Source: Bacteroidia bacterium (lineage in GTDB: Bacteria > Bacteroidota > Bacteroidia > Bacteroidales > VadinHA17). From it: 64,000 nucleotides of DNA. The notes beneath the pieces were generated by a model, which did no database searches, was not told the DNA's origin, and saw only the letters and a program-made list of their open reading frames with translations. The stretch lies in contig JAPLDY010000175.1 of NCBI GenBank assembly GCA_026391595.1, positions 11,604-75,603 on the forward strand. Direction: 5' to 3'. Shown here one piece after another: positions 44,489-54,391 of this stretch (the first letter of the stretch is position 1; the number at the start of each line of letters is the position of its first letter). Both the position numbers and the translations under genes were made by a program.

Positions 44489-45454
44489 TCATTCGAAATA
44501 TTCAAAAGCGTCAATAATATCAAGGTAGACGCCATCAAAGCCGTTATTCAGAATTTTCTTTGTATAGGAATCGTCATTGCCGAAAATGATCTTCTTCCAT
44601 TCCGGTTCCCAGTATCTCACCTTAAAATTTCCCTTCCAGGCACGATTTTCATCATCAAGCCAGAAAGGATTTCCCGATTTCCAGCCAGCCTGCCAGTAAT
44701 ACCTGTAATTCTCAGCTTCACCGATTGACAAATAGGATATGACCAGACGCTTGCCTCCGTTTGCCTTGTCTTTCAATTGTGTGACTTCTCCTGCTGTGAA
44801 TTCCGTGGTTTCATTAAAAAACAGATCCATTATAAGTAGGTCGTAATTTGTTGATGTTATAGCATTTATAAAATCTGTCTTTGAACTGAAATTTTCAGGA
44901 TTGATCAGGTACAAGAAATTCTTCACCTGTGAAAGGGACGTGATTACTGAGGTGTTTTCACTGTAAACCGGACTGGGAAATCCGGGGATATTGTCTAATT
45001 CCCTGTGGTTTGCGGCAAAAGAAACATATCCTGAAGTATTGTTCCGGGTATATGAATCTGACATTTTTGATTGTGTAGAACAGTAGTCTGTCACCAGAAT
45101 TGTATTCCCTGCATTTTTTGACAAATCCAAAAATGTCCTTAAGTAAGTATTTTCATCTGCAGGAGTTGCGTGGTCGTCATCATTATATCCATAAAACAAA
45201 TCTTCCTGTCCGTGGCCGTCAATAGCAGCTAAATAACTCTCTGACAGGGATCAGTCTTCTGCTCCGTTAATCGTGATAAGCTCAATGCCGTTTTGCGGGA
45301 TTATTATAAAATCAGGATCATTGAGCCTGGAATAATCGCTTATCCCAATTACAAAATCACGCATTTCCTGTTTAAAATCCAGGTCGGGATAATCATTTTT
45401 GCTGCATGAAACAGCCGAAAAGAACAGCATCAGAATGAATATTGTTTTTTTCAT
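44489..45454 (-). pseudogene. GH114 / TM1410-like glycoside hydrolase lipoprotein interrupted by one in-frame TGA (45251-45253)
   Basis: The two track ORFs (45251..45454 and 44489..45199) are in the same frame: '..INGAED*SLSESYLAAIDGHGQEDLFYGYNDDD..'. The N-part has lipobox 'AVSC'. The C-part has 'YLSIGEAENYRYYW' and 'GFDGVYLDIIDAFEYF', typical of PF03537. Confidence 0.7.
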
Positions 45455-45609
45455 ATACTTATTTTACTACTGACATAAGCATTAAATGACGTGCTTTATC
45501 AAAGTTACACTATTACAGGCTTTTGTCAAATATTATTATGCTCCTGTCGGGTTGGAATTCCTGTTTCCATTTCATTTCATTATGTTTGCAGTACAAGTAA
45601 AAACTCTGT

Positions 45610-47007
45610 ATGCCTGAACTGAATACAACGAATCCGGAAAACGGGAAAGTAAAAGTGCCCGGGTTTGTTATCATTTCTTTATTTGCCTCGTTGTTTGTTG
45701 TTTCACTTCTGACAGTACTCAATTATTTTGAACTGGTAACAGCTGGCAAAACTGTTCTGATGATCTTCAGGTGGTTTTTCATTTCAACTGTTTTTGCGTA
45801 TGCATTCTATAAAAAATCGCTTACCACTTGGATACTGATAAGCATGATCGTAGGAGCTGAATTCGGTTATGATGTGCCGGATGTCGCCATTAAGCTGCAG
45901 ATTGTCAGTAAAATATTCCTGCGGATGATCAAGACGATTATCGCGCCTCTCCTCTTTGCCACGCTGGTTGTCGGCATAGCCGGACATTCAAACCTGAAAC
46001 AGGTAGGGCGAATGGGATGGAAATCGCTGGTCTATTTTGAAGTGGTTTCCACAATCGCCCTGTTCATAGGATTGTTTGCCATAAACATCAGCAAGGCAGG
46101 AGTGGGGGTTACGGTACCGGATGTTGTCAATCAATCTGAAATAGCACAGGTAACGCCACATACCGGATCTGATCTGATCCTTAATATTTTCCCTGAAAAC
46201 ATAGCGAAGGCTATTTATGACGGACAGGTTTTGCAGATAGTGGTTTTCAGCATCATTTTCGGGATTGCTGTCGCCCTGATCAAGGAGAAATACCGGACCC
46301 CCATGGTAAGGTTCTCTGAAGCTCTTGCCGAAACCATGTTCAAGTTCACCCAGATCATTATGTACTTTGCACCTTTTGCAGTATTTGCTGCAATAGCTTA
46401 CAGTGTAGGGCATATGGGACTCGATATCCTTGTTAATCTTTTCAAGCTTCTGGCAACTCTTTATGTTTCATTGATAATCTTCCTGCTGGCGGTGCTTCTT
46501 CCGGTCGCCTTGCTGTTCAGGATACCTGTACGTAAATTCCTGAACAAGGTAGCAGAACCGGTAACCATAGCATTTGCAACAACCAGTTCTGAGTCAGCAC
46601 TTCCCATTGCAATGGAGAGGATGGAGGAATTCGGGGTCCCCCGTAAAATTGTGGCATTCGTGATGCCAACCGGTTACAGCTTCAACCTTGACGGCACAAC
46701 ATTATATCTTTCGCTGGCTACTATTTTCGTTGCACAGATAAGTGGCATTGATCTTCCTTTTTCAAAACAGCTCCTTATTGTATTTACGTTAATGCTGACA
46801 AGCAAGGGCGTGGCTGGAGTGCCCAGGGCATCAATGGTTATCCTTCTGGGCACCGCAGCAAGCTTCGGGCTTCCCACGTGGCCTATCTATATAATCCTCG
46901 GCATAGACGAGCTGATGGATATGGCCAGGACCTCGGTGAATGTCCTTGGAAATTGCCTTGCCACAGCAGTTGTTGCACGCTGGGAAGGAGAGTTCAATCC
47001 GAAATAA
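45610..47007 (+). CDS. Dicarboxylate/amino acid:cation symporter (DAACS family)
   Basis: 'FATTSSESALPIAME', 'MPTGYSFNLDGT', 'DMARTSVNVLGN'. Confidence 0.85.
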   Translation: MPELNTTNPENGKVKVPGFVIISLFASLFVVSLLTVLNYFELVTAGKTVLMIFRWFFISTVFAYAFYKKSLTTWILISMIVGAEFGYDVPDVAIKLQIVSKIFLRMIKTIIAPLLFATLVVGIAGHSNLKQVGRMGWKSLVYFEVVSTIALFIGLFAINISKAGVGVTVPDVVNQSEIAQVTPHTGSDLILNIFPENIAKAIYDGQVLQIVVFSIIFGIAVALIKEKYRTPMVRFSEALAETMFKFTQIIMYFAPFAVFAAIAYSVGHMGLDILVNLFKLLATLYVSLIIFLLAVLLPVALLFRIPVRKFLNKVAEPVTIAFATTSSESALPIAMERMEEFGVPRKIVAFVMPTGYSFNLDGTTLYLSLATIFVAQISGIDLPFSKQLLIVFTLMLTSKGVAGVPRASMVILLGTAASFGLPTWPIYIILGIDELMDMARTSVNVLGNCLATAVVARWEGEFNPK

Positions 47008-47012
47008 ATTTT

Positions 47013-47657
47013 CTAAAGGAATATGCTTAAGCCTATTTCAAATCCCACCACATGGTTAATATAACTGCTGGTGGATGAAGTATAGTCATAATTGCTAAAG
47101 TTCAGGTTATAGAAAAAGCATGGTTCAAGAGCAACATGCGGATTGAGAAAAATTGCATAGCCTATTGCCGGTTCAACTGAGAAAGTATTGTATGTGGATG
47201 AAACATAGTGTTCAAATTCATATGAAGCTCTGGCTTTAATGAACAATCCAAAATTAAAATAATACCTTAATTCAGGGCCAAGGCCAAGATCATAGCTGAA
47301 ATTACCATCGCTCGTAGAAAAGCCTGCTGTCAGGCTTGTGCCAATGGCAAGTCCGTCACTGACAAAGAACAGGAGACTCGGATAAATGCCAAAATGAATG
47401 CCTGAGGTTGTGCTTGATGTACTCCCTGATTCATAATGATTTGCTCTGGCATAAAGTGATGCACTACCACTTAGAATCATATCGCCTTTCTTTATCTGCT
47501 TTTCATCATTTGAGACTAAAAGCGGGCTGACAGGCTTTTCATAAGTTTTATACAATGAGAATGTTCCGAAGCTATATTCGGAATCCTGATATGATGTCTG
47601 TGCAGTTGCTGCAAGACCTATCATAAAAAGAGTCAATGCAAAAAGTGGCTTTTTCAT
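47013..47657 (-). CDS. Outer-membrane beta-barrel protein
   Basis: Signal peptide 'LAATAQ' and alternating beta-strand pattern. Confidence 0.55.
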   Translation of the reverse strand: MKKPLFALTLFMIGLAATAQTSYQDSEYSFGTFSLYKTYEKPVSPLLVSNDEKQIKKGDMILSGSASLYARANHYESGSTSSTTSGIHFGIYPSLLFFVSDGLAIGTSLTAGFSTSDGNFSYDLGLGPELRYYFNFGLFIKARASYEFEHYVSSTYNTFSVEPAIGYAIFLNPHVALEPCFFYNLNFSNYDYTSSTSSYINHVVGFEIGLSIFL

Positions 47658-47741
47658 TTCGATAATTTTTTAATAAATATCTGTAATGACAAGCAAGTTA
47701 AGAAAATTTATCTGGTCGTTTCCGGCCAAATCAGATAATGT

Positions 47742-49190
47742 TCAATATTTTCTTTTCAGCCACTCTTCAGGGACCGGAATTATACAAATATTCAAAGATC
47801 TGTTGTCCTCCGACAGCATTGCTGACTGTATCTCTATTTTTGTTCCGTCGGCATTAAATGTGGGATGGGGGTGATCGGAGGCTGTCATTTTGTGTCCTGT
47901 TGACAGGAGGATCATCTCGCGTGAATGTCTGTCGATAAGATAGATCCCGCGTGAGAAATCATCACCCACCGCCCAGCGGCCGTCACCGGAGCCGTTTACA
48001 TGCCAGAGTCCGCTGCCTGAAGCCGTTTGTCCTGCGATCGTCATCTCCCTGGTCCTGAGGTTTACAATGCCGAGACCTGTCGGATGTTCGCGTGTACCCG
48101 AAGGACCCCAGCCTACTTCCTGTCCGGGATTTGCCGGATCAGAAGGTTGTTTAGGAATACCTATTTTTCTATGGCCCATTATTGCTATTGCCACTTCATC
48201 TTTTGTTATGACAGCCTCGTGTGTGATCCATTCATAATCCGATTCCGGATAAAGAGGACGCAGTCCGCTGCCATCAGCCATGACCGTCCATGTTCTCTGT
48301 GGTGCCTTCCCTCCAGTCTCCCAGCAGAAGACAATCTCGCCGGGCATCCATGGATTTGTTTGAATGTGACCAACCTGGAAAGGGACAGCAACGACTATTC
48401 CGCATTTACCTGTTCTGAGATCCATTTTCCCTATTCCTGCCGGACCAGCTCCCATATTTCTTGCGCCAAAATTCGGCTCAATCTTAGTCCCTTCCGGAAG
48501 ATTCTTTAATGATGCCTCTTTTCCAAGTCTGAAATATACAACTTCCTCGTTAGCATCGAGGGCCATATCGCCGCCTGCACCAAGCTCAGGAGGAGTATAT
48601 CCGCATATTCGCTGATATTCAGATGCGGGCTTTAATTTCCCGGCTTCACTGTCAGCAAACAGTTTCGCAAGATCAACTTCTATTACCTGGATAGAGCTGT
48701 TCATATTTGGTCCGCCAACCGGAGGCCTTACCTGATTCCCGGCTTGTGCAGGCTGTGCTCCGGGTTGCTGATTGCCCTGTACAGGTGCCTGCCCCATGGG
48801 GGGACCGAATCTTCTCCGGGTAGTGGTGTCTCTCATAAAATACAGCTTCATCGATTTCCTTGCCACGTTGAGCATACCCGTAAATCCGCCTTCGCTGACC
48901 TGAACAATGTCGCCAGTTTTTTCATTAACGGCCATAGCTTCTCCCCTGACCCTGTTTGATCTGAATATCACCCAGTTCCCATCAGCTGTCCATTGATTAT
49001 GTGTCTGATAGATTTTCGAGTCACCTGCAGGTTTGCTTGTTAAAAAAGTAAGCAGTGTCCCCGTAACCGGATCCGTGACCACTTTCTTTTCTGAAGGGAA
49101 TCTTGTTCCAATCTGAGCAGATGTGGTTGTTATGGTCAATACGAATAGAAGCGAAATGATTACAAGTTTTCTTGTGGCTTTTAGTTTCAT
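47742..49190 (-). CDS. Oligogalacturonate lyase (PL22)-like beta-propeller protein, secreted
   Basis: 'FPSE...TDP.TG...T.LT', 'VGH.Q..PW.P..IVFCWE' and C-terminal 'HPHPTFNADGTKI' parallel the Ogl motifs 'THPHPSFTPDDK..'. Confidence 0.65.
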   Translation of the reverse strand: MKLKATRKLVIISLLFVLTITTTSAQIGTRFPSEKKVVTDPVTGTLLTFLTSKPAGDSKIYQTHNQWTADGNWVIFRSNRVRGEAMAVNEKTGDIVQVSEGGFTGMLNVARKSMKLYFMRDTTTRRRFGPPMGQAPVQGNQQPGAQPAQAGNQVRPPVGGPNMNSSIQVIEVDLAKLFADSEAGKLKPASEYQRICGYTPPELGAGGDMALDANEEVVYFRLGKEASLKNLPEGTKIEPNFGARNMGAGPAGIGKMDLRTGKCGIVVAVPFQVGHIQTNPWMPGEIVFCWETGGKAPQRTWTVMADGSGLRPLYPESDYEWITHEAVITKDEVAIAIMGHRKIGIPKQPSDPANPGQEVGWGPSGTREHPTGLGIVNLRTREMTIAGQTASGSGLWHVNGSGDGRWAVGDDFSRGIYLIDRHSREMILLSTGHKMTASDHPHPTFNADGTKIEIQSAMLSEDNRSLNICIIPVPEEWLKRKY

Positions 49191-49251
49191 GGTATTACTG
49201 ACTTTTAATTAATGTTGCTATTATTAGATACAAATTCATTTATATATCACG

Positions 49252-49291
49252 GTCATTGCGAGGACCCGCCGGCTGGCGGGGACGAAGCAAT
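49252..49291. repeat. 'GTCATTGCGAGG..GACGAAGCAAT' element, third copy
   Basis: gtcattgcgaggacccgccggctggcggggacgaagcaat. Confidence 0.75.
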
Positions 49292-49397
49292 CCTAAATAA
49301 ACTCACCCCTTGCCCCCCGCTGCCGCGGGGCAGGCTTCCGCTAATGCGGAATCTCCACTTCGTTCCGATCTCCGGGGAGGGGAATCAGATGAAATGC

Positions 49398-49434
49398 CCC
49401 TGTGCCATTGCACCGCTGCACCTCTGAGCCGTTA
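49398..49434. repeat. 'CTGCACC/CTGAGCC' GC-rich short repeat
   Basis: Contains the same 20 nt as 7091-7110. It overlaps the ettA stop codon region. Confidence 0.65.
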
Positions 49435-51114
49435 CACCAGTTTCTTATACTTTATCCTGGCCGGTGTTGTATCTGTAACCCTCTTTTTATAGTTCTCTTC
49501 ATAGTCGGAATAGTTCCCTTCAAACCAGACAACTTTTGAATTACTCTCAAATGCCAGCATATGTGTTGTAACCCTGTCGAGGAACCACCTGTCATGAGAT
49601 ATTATTACAGCGCATCCTGCAAAGTTTTCAAGTCCCTCTTCCAGTGCACGTAGCGTGTTGACATCTATATCGTTTGTCGGTTCATCAAGAAGCAGGACAT
49701 TTGCTCCGGATTTGAGGGTAAGTGCAAGATGAAGCCTGTTACGCTCGCCTCCCGATAGAATCCCGCATTTCTTCTCCTGGTCGGCGCCTGTGAAATTGAA
49801 TCTTGCAACATAGGCTCGTGCATTTACGAGGCGGTTCCCCACCATGATATCCTGCTGACCGCCTGATATCACTTCAAATACTGTCTTTGCCATATCGATG
49901 GCTGAATGAGCCTGGTCTACATATCCCAGCAACACAGTTTCACCAATCTCGAAAGTGCCTTTTGTCGCAGGTTCCTGCTTCATGATCATCCTGAAGAGAG
50001 TTGTTTTACCCGCGCCGTTGGCGCCAATAACACCAATTATTCCGTTTGGGGGCAGGTTGAATTCTAGATCCTCGAAGAGAAGCTTGTCACCATAAGATTT
50101 GGCTACTCCTGTTGCCTTTATTACCTTGTCGCCAAGTCTGGGGCCGTTAGGAATAAATATTTCAAGCTTTTCTTCTTTTTGCTTAACATCCTGATTGAGG
50201 AGGTTCTCATATGCTCCAAGTCTTGCTTTTGATTTTGCATGACGGGCCCTGGGAGACATTCTTACCCATTCAAGTTCCCGTTCAAGGATCTTTCTTCTCT
50301 TGACATTTCCCTTTTCCTCAACTTCAAGACGTTTTGCTTTCTGTTCAAGCCATGATGAGTAGTTGCCTTTCCAGGGAATCCCTTCGCCCCTGTCAAGTTC
50401 AAGTATCCATCCTGCAACATTATCGAGAAAATATCTGTCGTGTGTTATACAAATGACTGTTCCATGATATTGCTTCAATGTCGTCTCCAGCCACTGTACC
50501 GATTCGGCATCAAGATGGTTTGTCGGTTCGTCTAGCAGCAGCACGTCAGGCTGCTGGAGAAGAAGCCTGCAAAGTGCTACGCGTCTGCGTTCGCCGCCCG
50601 AAAGTACATTGACCTTTGCCGTGCTTTCGGGGCATCGGAGGGCATCCATAGCCCGCTCGAGCTTATGCTCAATGTTCCATCCATCATGGTACTCTATCTT
50701 CTCCTGCAGCACAGCCTGACGGGCCATCAGCTGCTGCATCTTGTCAGGATTCTCATAAACCTCCGGTTCACCGAAGCTGGCATTTATTTTCTCATATTCT
50801 TTTATGATGTCCATAGTTTCCCTGACTCCTTCTTCAGCGATCTCCCTGACCGTCCGGTCTTCATTGAGAAGAGGATCCTGCGTCAGGTGACCCACAGTGT
50901 AGCCGGGAAGAAATGTGATTTCGCCCTGGTATTCTTTCTCGCTGCCGGCGATAATATTCATAAGAGTGGATTTTCCTGATCCATTAAGACCGATTATACC
51001 AATTTTGGCTCCCAGAAAAAAAGAGAGTGATATGTCCTTAAGTACCTGGCGATGAGGAGGAAAAGTTTTCCCCACGCGGTACATCGAGAATATGATCTTA
51101 TTGTCGTCAGCCAT
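49432..51114 (-). CDS. ettA: ABC-F ATPase EttA (energy-dependent translational throttle)
   Basis: 'IFSMYRVGKTFPP.R.VLKDISLSFF.GAKIG..GLNG.GKSTL', 'DRYFLDNVAGWILELDRGEGIPW.GNYSSWLEQK', two ABC cassettes. Confidence 0.9.
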   Translation of the reverse strand: MADDNKIIFSMYRVGKTFPPHRQVLKDISLSFFLGAKIGIIGLNGSGKSTLMNIIAGSEKEYQGEITFLPGYTVGHLTQDPLLNEDRTVREIAEEGVRETMDIIKEYEKINASFGEPEVYENPDKMQQLMARQAVLQEKIEYHDGWNIEHKLERAMDALRCPESTAKVNVLSGGERRRVALCRLLLQQPDVLLLDEPTNHLDAESVQWLETTLKQYHGTVICITHDRYFLDNVAGWILELDRGEGIPWKGNYSSWLEQKAKRLEVEEKGNVKRRKILERELEWVRMSPRARHAKSKARLGAYENLLNQDVKQKEEKLEIFIPNGPRLGDKVIKATGVAKSYGDKLLFEDLEFNLPPNGIIGVIGANGAGKTTLFRMIMKQEPATKGTFEIGETVLLGYVDQAHSAIDMAKTVFEVISGGQQDIMVGNRLVNARAYVARFNFTGADQEKKCGILSGGERNRLHLALTLKSGANVLLLDEPTNDIDVNTLRALEEGLENFAGCAVIISHDRWFLDRVTTHMLAFESNSKVVWFEGNYSDYEENYKKRVTDTTPARIKYKKLV

Positions 51115-51240
51115 CCGTTATTGATTTTTTCTAAAATTAGAAATTCTGTGATTGATGGCAATGCATTATTGATTATTATTAATCCTTCCCGTAAATGGTA
51201 TTTTCGTTGGCTTTAATGGTTATGAACGAGCCAGATATGA

Positions 51241-51267
51241 ATAACCCCCGGTTGCGCCGGGGGTTAT
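51241..51267. terminator. Hairpin terminator downstream of the 51331 gene
   Basis: ataacccccgg-ttgcg-ccgggggttat, a perfect 11-bp stem. Confidence 0.6.
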
Positions 51268-51330
51268 TTCCAGTCTAAATAGTTCAGCTCTGAAGGAGCT
51301 GAATAAAACCACGCTAAACCTAAAATTCCC

Positions 51331-51702
51331 TTATTTCCTCTCGAAGAGTTTTACTGTTTCAGTCTGCATAAGGACCCATAACGAATAGACTCCTGTCAGG
51401 GTGCCTATTGGAATTTTCAGCAAGCCAAGTGCTGAAACGACAATGATCACATATCTTGCCCACATATGTTGTGAAAGCAGGCCTATTCCACCAACCAGCC
51501 GGAGAGTCGATATAACTCCAACCACCAGAGGGATAGTTGCCATTAAGCCGGAAATCAGTTTCATCACTGTACCAGGAATTTCATCTTCCGGAATAAATCC
51601 CTTTGCAAAATCCATCAGAAAAAATGCAAAAAGTGCTGCAATAAGTCCTAGAATGGCAAATCCGATATGTATCGCTGCCACAATTGTTACATGTTTCTTC
51701 AT
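51331..51702 (-). CDS. Four-TM membrane protein, unknown function
   Basis: Hydrophobic helices throughout. Start set at 'MKKHVTIV'. Confidence 0.5.
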   Translation of the reverse strand: MKKHVTIVAAIHIGFAILGLIAALFAFFLMDFAKGFIPEDEIPGTVMKLISGLMATIPLVVGVISTLRLVGGIGLLSQHMWARYVIIVVSALGLLKIPIGTLTGVYSLWVLMQTETVKLFERK

Positions 51703-51882
51703 TCTTATTGAATCTTCCATGACGATTAATTTAGATTGTAATTTTCATTCCAAATAAATGACTGGCAATATAATTAATTGATGCATCCTTTCGTCAAAAA
51801 GTTCGCATTAAAGCAACCTTTTAATGCTAAAAACGTTCTATTGACAGGAGAGTTTCATATTTTTACCGGATTAAAAATCTTT

Positions 51883-52110
51883 ATGAAAAGAAAAATAGTA
51901 TTCGCCATTACATTGTTTTTCATAGCAGCGGCCTTCCATTCCTGTGAAGTTCTGAACGATTGCAAAGTCTGCAAGCAGGTGACTTATGTAAATGGTGCCT
52001 GGGATCATGAAACAAACCCGACAGAATATTGTGGCGCATCACTTCTGACAATTGAAGCTATGGATGATTATATTGATGGTGAGATCAGAACAACATGGGT
52101 ATGCAATTAA
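51883..52110 (+). CDS. Cys-rich mini-lipoprotein, tandem paralog A
   Basis: 'MKRKIVFAITLFFIAAAFHSC' lipobox, then 'CEVLNDCKVCKQVT....EYCGASL....WVC'. Confidence 0.55.
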   Translation: MKRKIVFAITLFFIAAAFHSCEVLNDCKVCKQVTYVNGAWDHETNPTEYCGASLLTIEAMDDYIDGEIRTTWVCN

Positions 52111-52149
52111 TATAAAGAGTTTCTTATCTTTGAATTGAAAAATGACATT

Positions 52150-52395
52150 ATGAAAAGAAAAATCTTATCTGCAGTCCTGTTTTTGTTTATCGCATGGGGA
52201 TTTAATGCATGTGAAGCCCTGAGTGATTGTGAAATCTGCAAAATAGTGACAAAAAACAGCGGCGGTACTGTTACTGAAACCGGAGTGGAAGCAGAGTATT
52301 GCGGTGCTACTCTTGTTGCCCTCAAAGCTGCCAATCCGACTGTGACGGATCCCGTTACACATAATGTAACCTCGCTTGAGTGTACCAAGCAGTAA
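52150..52395 (+). CDS. Cys-rich mini-lipoprotein, tandem paralog B
   Basis: 'MKRKILSAVLFLFIAWGFNAC', then 'CEALSDCEICKIVT....EYCGATL....LEC'. Same Cys spacing as paralog A. Confidence 0.55.
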   Translation: MKRKILSAVLFLFIAWGFNACEALSDCEICKIVTKNSGGTVTETGVEAEYCGATLVALKAANPTVTDPVTHNVTSLECTKQ

Positions 52396-54291
52396 TTAGT
52401 ACCTGACACCGATAAAAGTCACATCATCCACCTGTGGAGAGTCGCCTCTCCACTCTTCGAATATTCCACTTAACTTTTCTGCCTGATGGAGCATTGTAGA
52501 TCCTGCCAGTGTTACAAGCGTCTCTTTCAGCTGATGCGACATGAATTTCTTCTGATTTGGTCCGCCGAACTGATCAGAAAAGCCATCTGAAAAGACATAA
52601 AATGCATCCCCTTTCTGAAGTTCTATTTCATGAAGAGTGAAAGGCTGCATCCTGTAATGAATTGATGCCGGCATCTTGTCGGCACGATAGTGCACAAGTT
52701 CGTTCCCCCTTACAAGATAGAGCGGATTGTTTGCCCCCGCCCACCACAGTGTGTTTTTATTAAAATCCACAACACACACTGAAATGTCCATGCCGTCTTT
52801 TATCGAATCTTCCTCAGCAACCTGGTTCAGGGACTTAATGACTCCCTGGCGCAGGTTTTCGATGATCTGGTCAGGCATCAGTATGTGTTTATTGTTAACT
52901 ATCTCGTTAAGAAGTGTCACGCCCAGCATGCTCATAAATGCGCCCGGAACGCCATGACCTGTACAGTCAGCTACAATGATGACCTGTTTGTTCTCCAGTT
53001 TGCTGACCCAGTAGAAGTCTCCACTTACAATGGCAAGCGGCTTATAAAGAACAAAATGCTCAAGCTTGTCGCTGAAAAGCTCAAGAGAGGGGATAAGAGC
53101 TGTCTGAATCCTCTTTGCATACATGATGCTGTCGGTGATATGCTTTTTCTGGTAGGCGATCTGATCCCTCTGGGCAGCAGCCAGATCCCGCTGCTGTTCA
53201 ATTTCGTCCTTCTGCATCGAGATGGTCCTGTTCTTTTCCTCAAGCCTTATATTAGCCTCTTTCTTGATCTTGTAGCTGCGATAAATGTAATAGCCCAGGA
53301 AGCTGACCAGGGCCAGGGCAAAAATGACAAACCAGAGGATCAGCTTCTGTTTCTCTAGGGTGGCAAGCTGAATCTTTATTCTGTCCTCCTGTTCCCCGAT
53401 CTTTATGAGTTGCTGGTCCATCATGGAAATCTGCAGATCTATTTTTGCCTTCTGCCTGATGAGGGTATCTTTTTGCACCTGAACTTCCTGCTGCTGAATA
53501 ACGATAGTCTGCTTTTGCATTGTGATCTCTCCCTGCTGCCTGTTTATCTGAGCCATCTGTGTATTCAGGACTTTTTGTTTTTCAAGAAGAGTCTTTTCTT
53601 TCAGTGTTATTTCCTTGTCAAGACTGTCGAGCAAGGCTTTTTGTCTCAGGATTTCTGCTTTCTGCAGTTCAATTTCAACCTGCTGCTGCCTGACAGTCTC
53701 TTTCTGAACCTGAAGATCAGCATCAGTTACCTGAAACAGCTTTTCCCAGTCTTCTTTCGTTTTAACAGCAGTAAAAAGTAAAGTCTGGGGAACCGACATT
53801 CCTTCTTTTTTGATATAATCTTCATTGATCTCATATCTGGGTACTCCATTTATGACGATGAAATTTATCATCGATTCCCGGAATTCATAACCTTCGGTAA
53901 CAAGAAGAGTTTGCTGCCCGGAAATCTTGTCCCGGATTTTCTGTAGATCAAAACCGGATGACTTGTTAACATAAAGAACCTGTGTATGTGTCAGGCTCTC
54001 CAGTCTCTTATACCCACTGATCTGAACCGGTTTATCCTGAATCCGCGGCCTCGTTTTCACCAGGTTGCCCAGCTCATAAAGGAGCTCGTAATCGCCAAGC
54101 ATCATACCGATTTTAAAATTTGAAGAATCAGTAAAACCACTGCCGAAATTTACATACTTTGCAACCAGGTCGTAGATATAGAGTGCCCTGGACGAATTAT
54201 CAAATCCGTTCTGTCCGCTAGCGCCCGTGAAACAAAAAAACAAAACAATAGCGGTGAGAGTTTTCCAGAAAAAGCCTATTCTGTTGATCAT
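52396..54291 (-). CDS. Membrane sensor phosphatase: YfiR/DUF4154-like N-domain, Q-rich coiled coil, TM segment, PP2C/SpoIIE domain
   Basis: Signal 'GASGQ'. 'LLVTEGYEFRESMINFIV..GVPRYEIN' is YfiR-like. The coiled coil is long and rich in 'QKQ..'. TM segment 'LILWFVIFALALVSFLGYYIY'. 'SGDFYW' and 'ADCTGHGVPGA' are SpoIIE motifs. Confidence 0.75.
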   Translation of the reverse strand: MINRIGFFWKTLTAIVLFFCFTGASGQNGFDNSSRALYIYDLVAKYVNFGSGFTDSSNFKIGMMLGDYELLYELGNLVKTRPRIQDKPVQISGYKRLESLTHTQVLYVNKSSGFDLQKIRDKISGQQTLLVTEGYEFRESMINFIVINGVPRYEINEDYIKKEGMSVPQTLLFTAVKTKEDWEKLFQVTDADLQVQKETVRQQQVEIELQKAEILRQKALLDSLDKEITLKEKTLLEKQKVLNTQMAQINRQQGEITMQKQTIVIQQQEVQVQKDTLIRQKAKIDLQISMMDQQLIKIGEQEDRIKIQLATLEKQKLILWFVIFALALVSFLGYYIYRSYKIKKEANIRLEEKNRTISMQKDEIEQQRDLAAAQRDQIAYQKKHITDSIMYAKRIQTALIPSLELFSDKLEHFVLYKPLAIVSGDFYWVSKLENKQVIIVADCTGHGVPGAFMSMLGVTLLNEIVNNKHILMPDQIIENLRQGVIKSLNQVAEEDSIKDGMDISVCVVDFNKNTLWWAGANNPLYLVRGNELVHYRADKMPASIHYRMQPFTLHEIELQKGDAFYVFSDGFSDQFGGPNQKKFMSHQLKETLVTLAGSTMLHQAEKLSGIFEEWRGDSPQVDDVTFIGVRY

Positions 54292-54391
54292 TCCCCATGT
54301 TTTTTGTATTACGAAATTGCAGTTTTTTCTTTTAGAAACCAAATATTCGTATTTTCACACACTTTATGCGGTGTTGATAAAATGTTAATAA

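Noticed and set aside
45251-45253. TGA as selenocysteine or a reassigned sense codon.
   Set aside because: TGA terminates other well-supported genes in the window. There is only this single case, and no obvious SECIS-like hairpin was noticed. A nonsense mutation or a sequencing error is more economical. It is kept as a low-interest finding.
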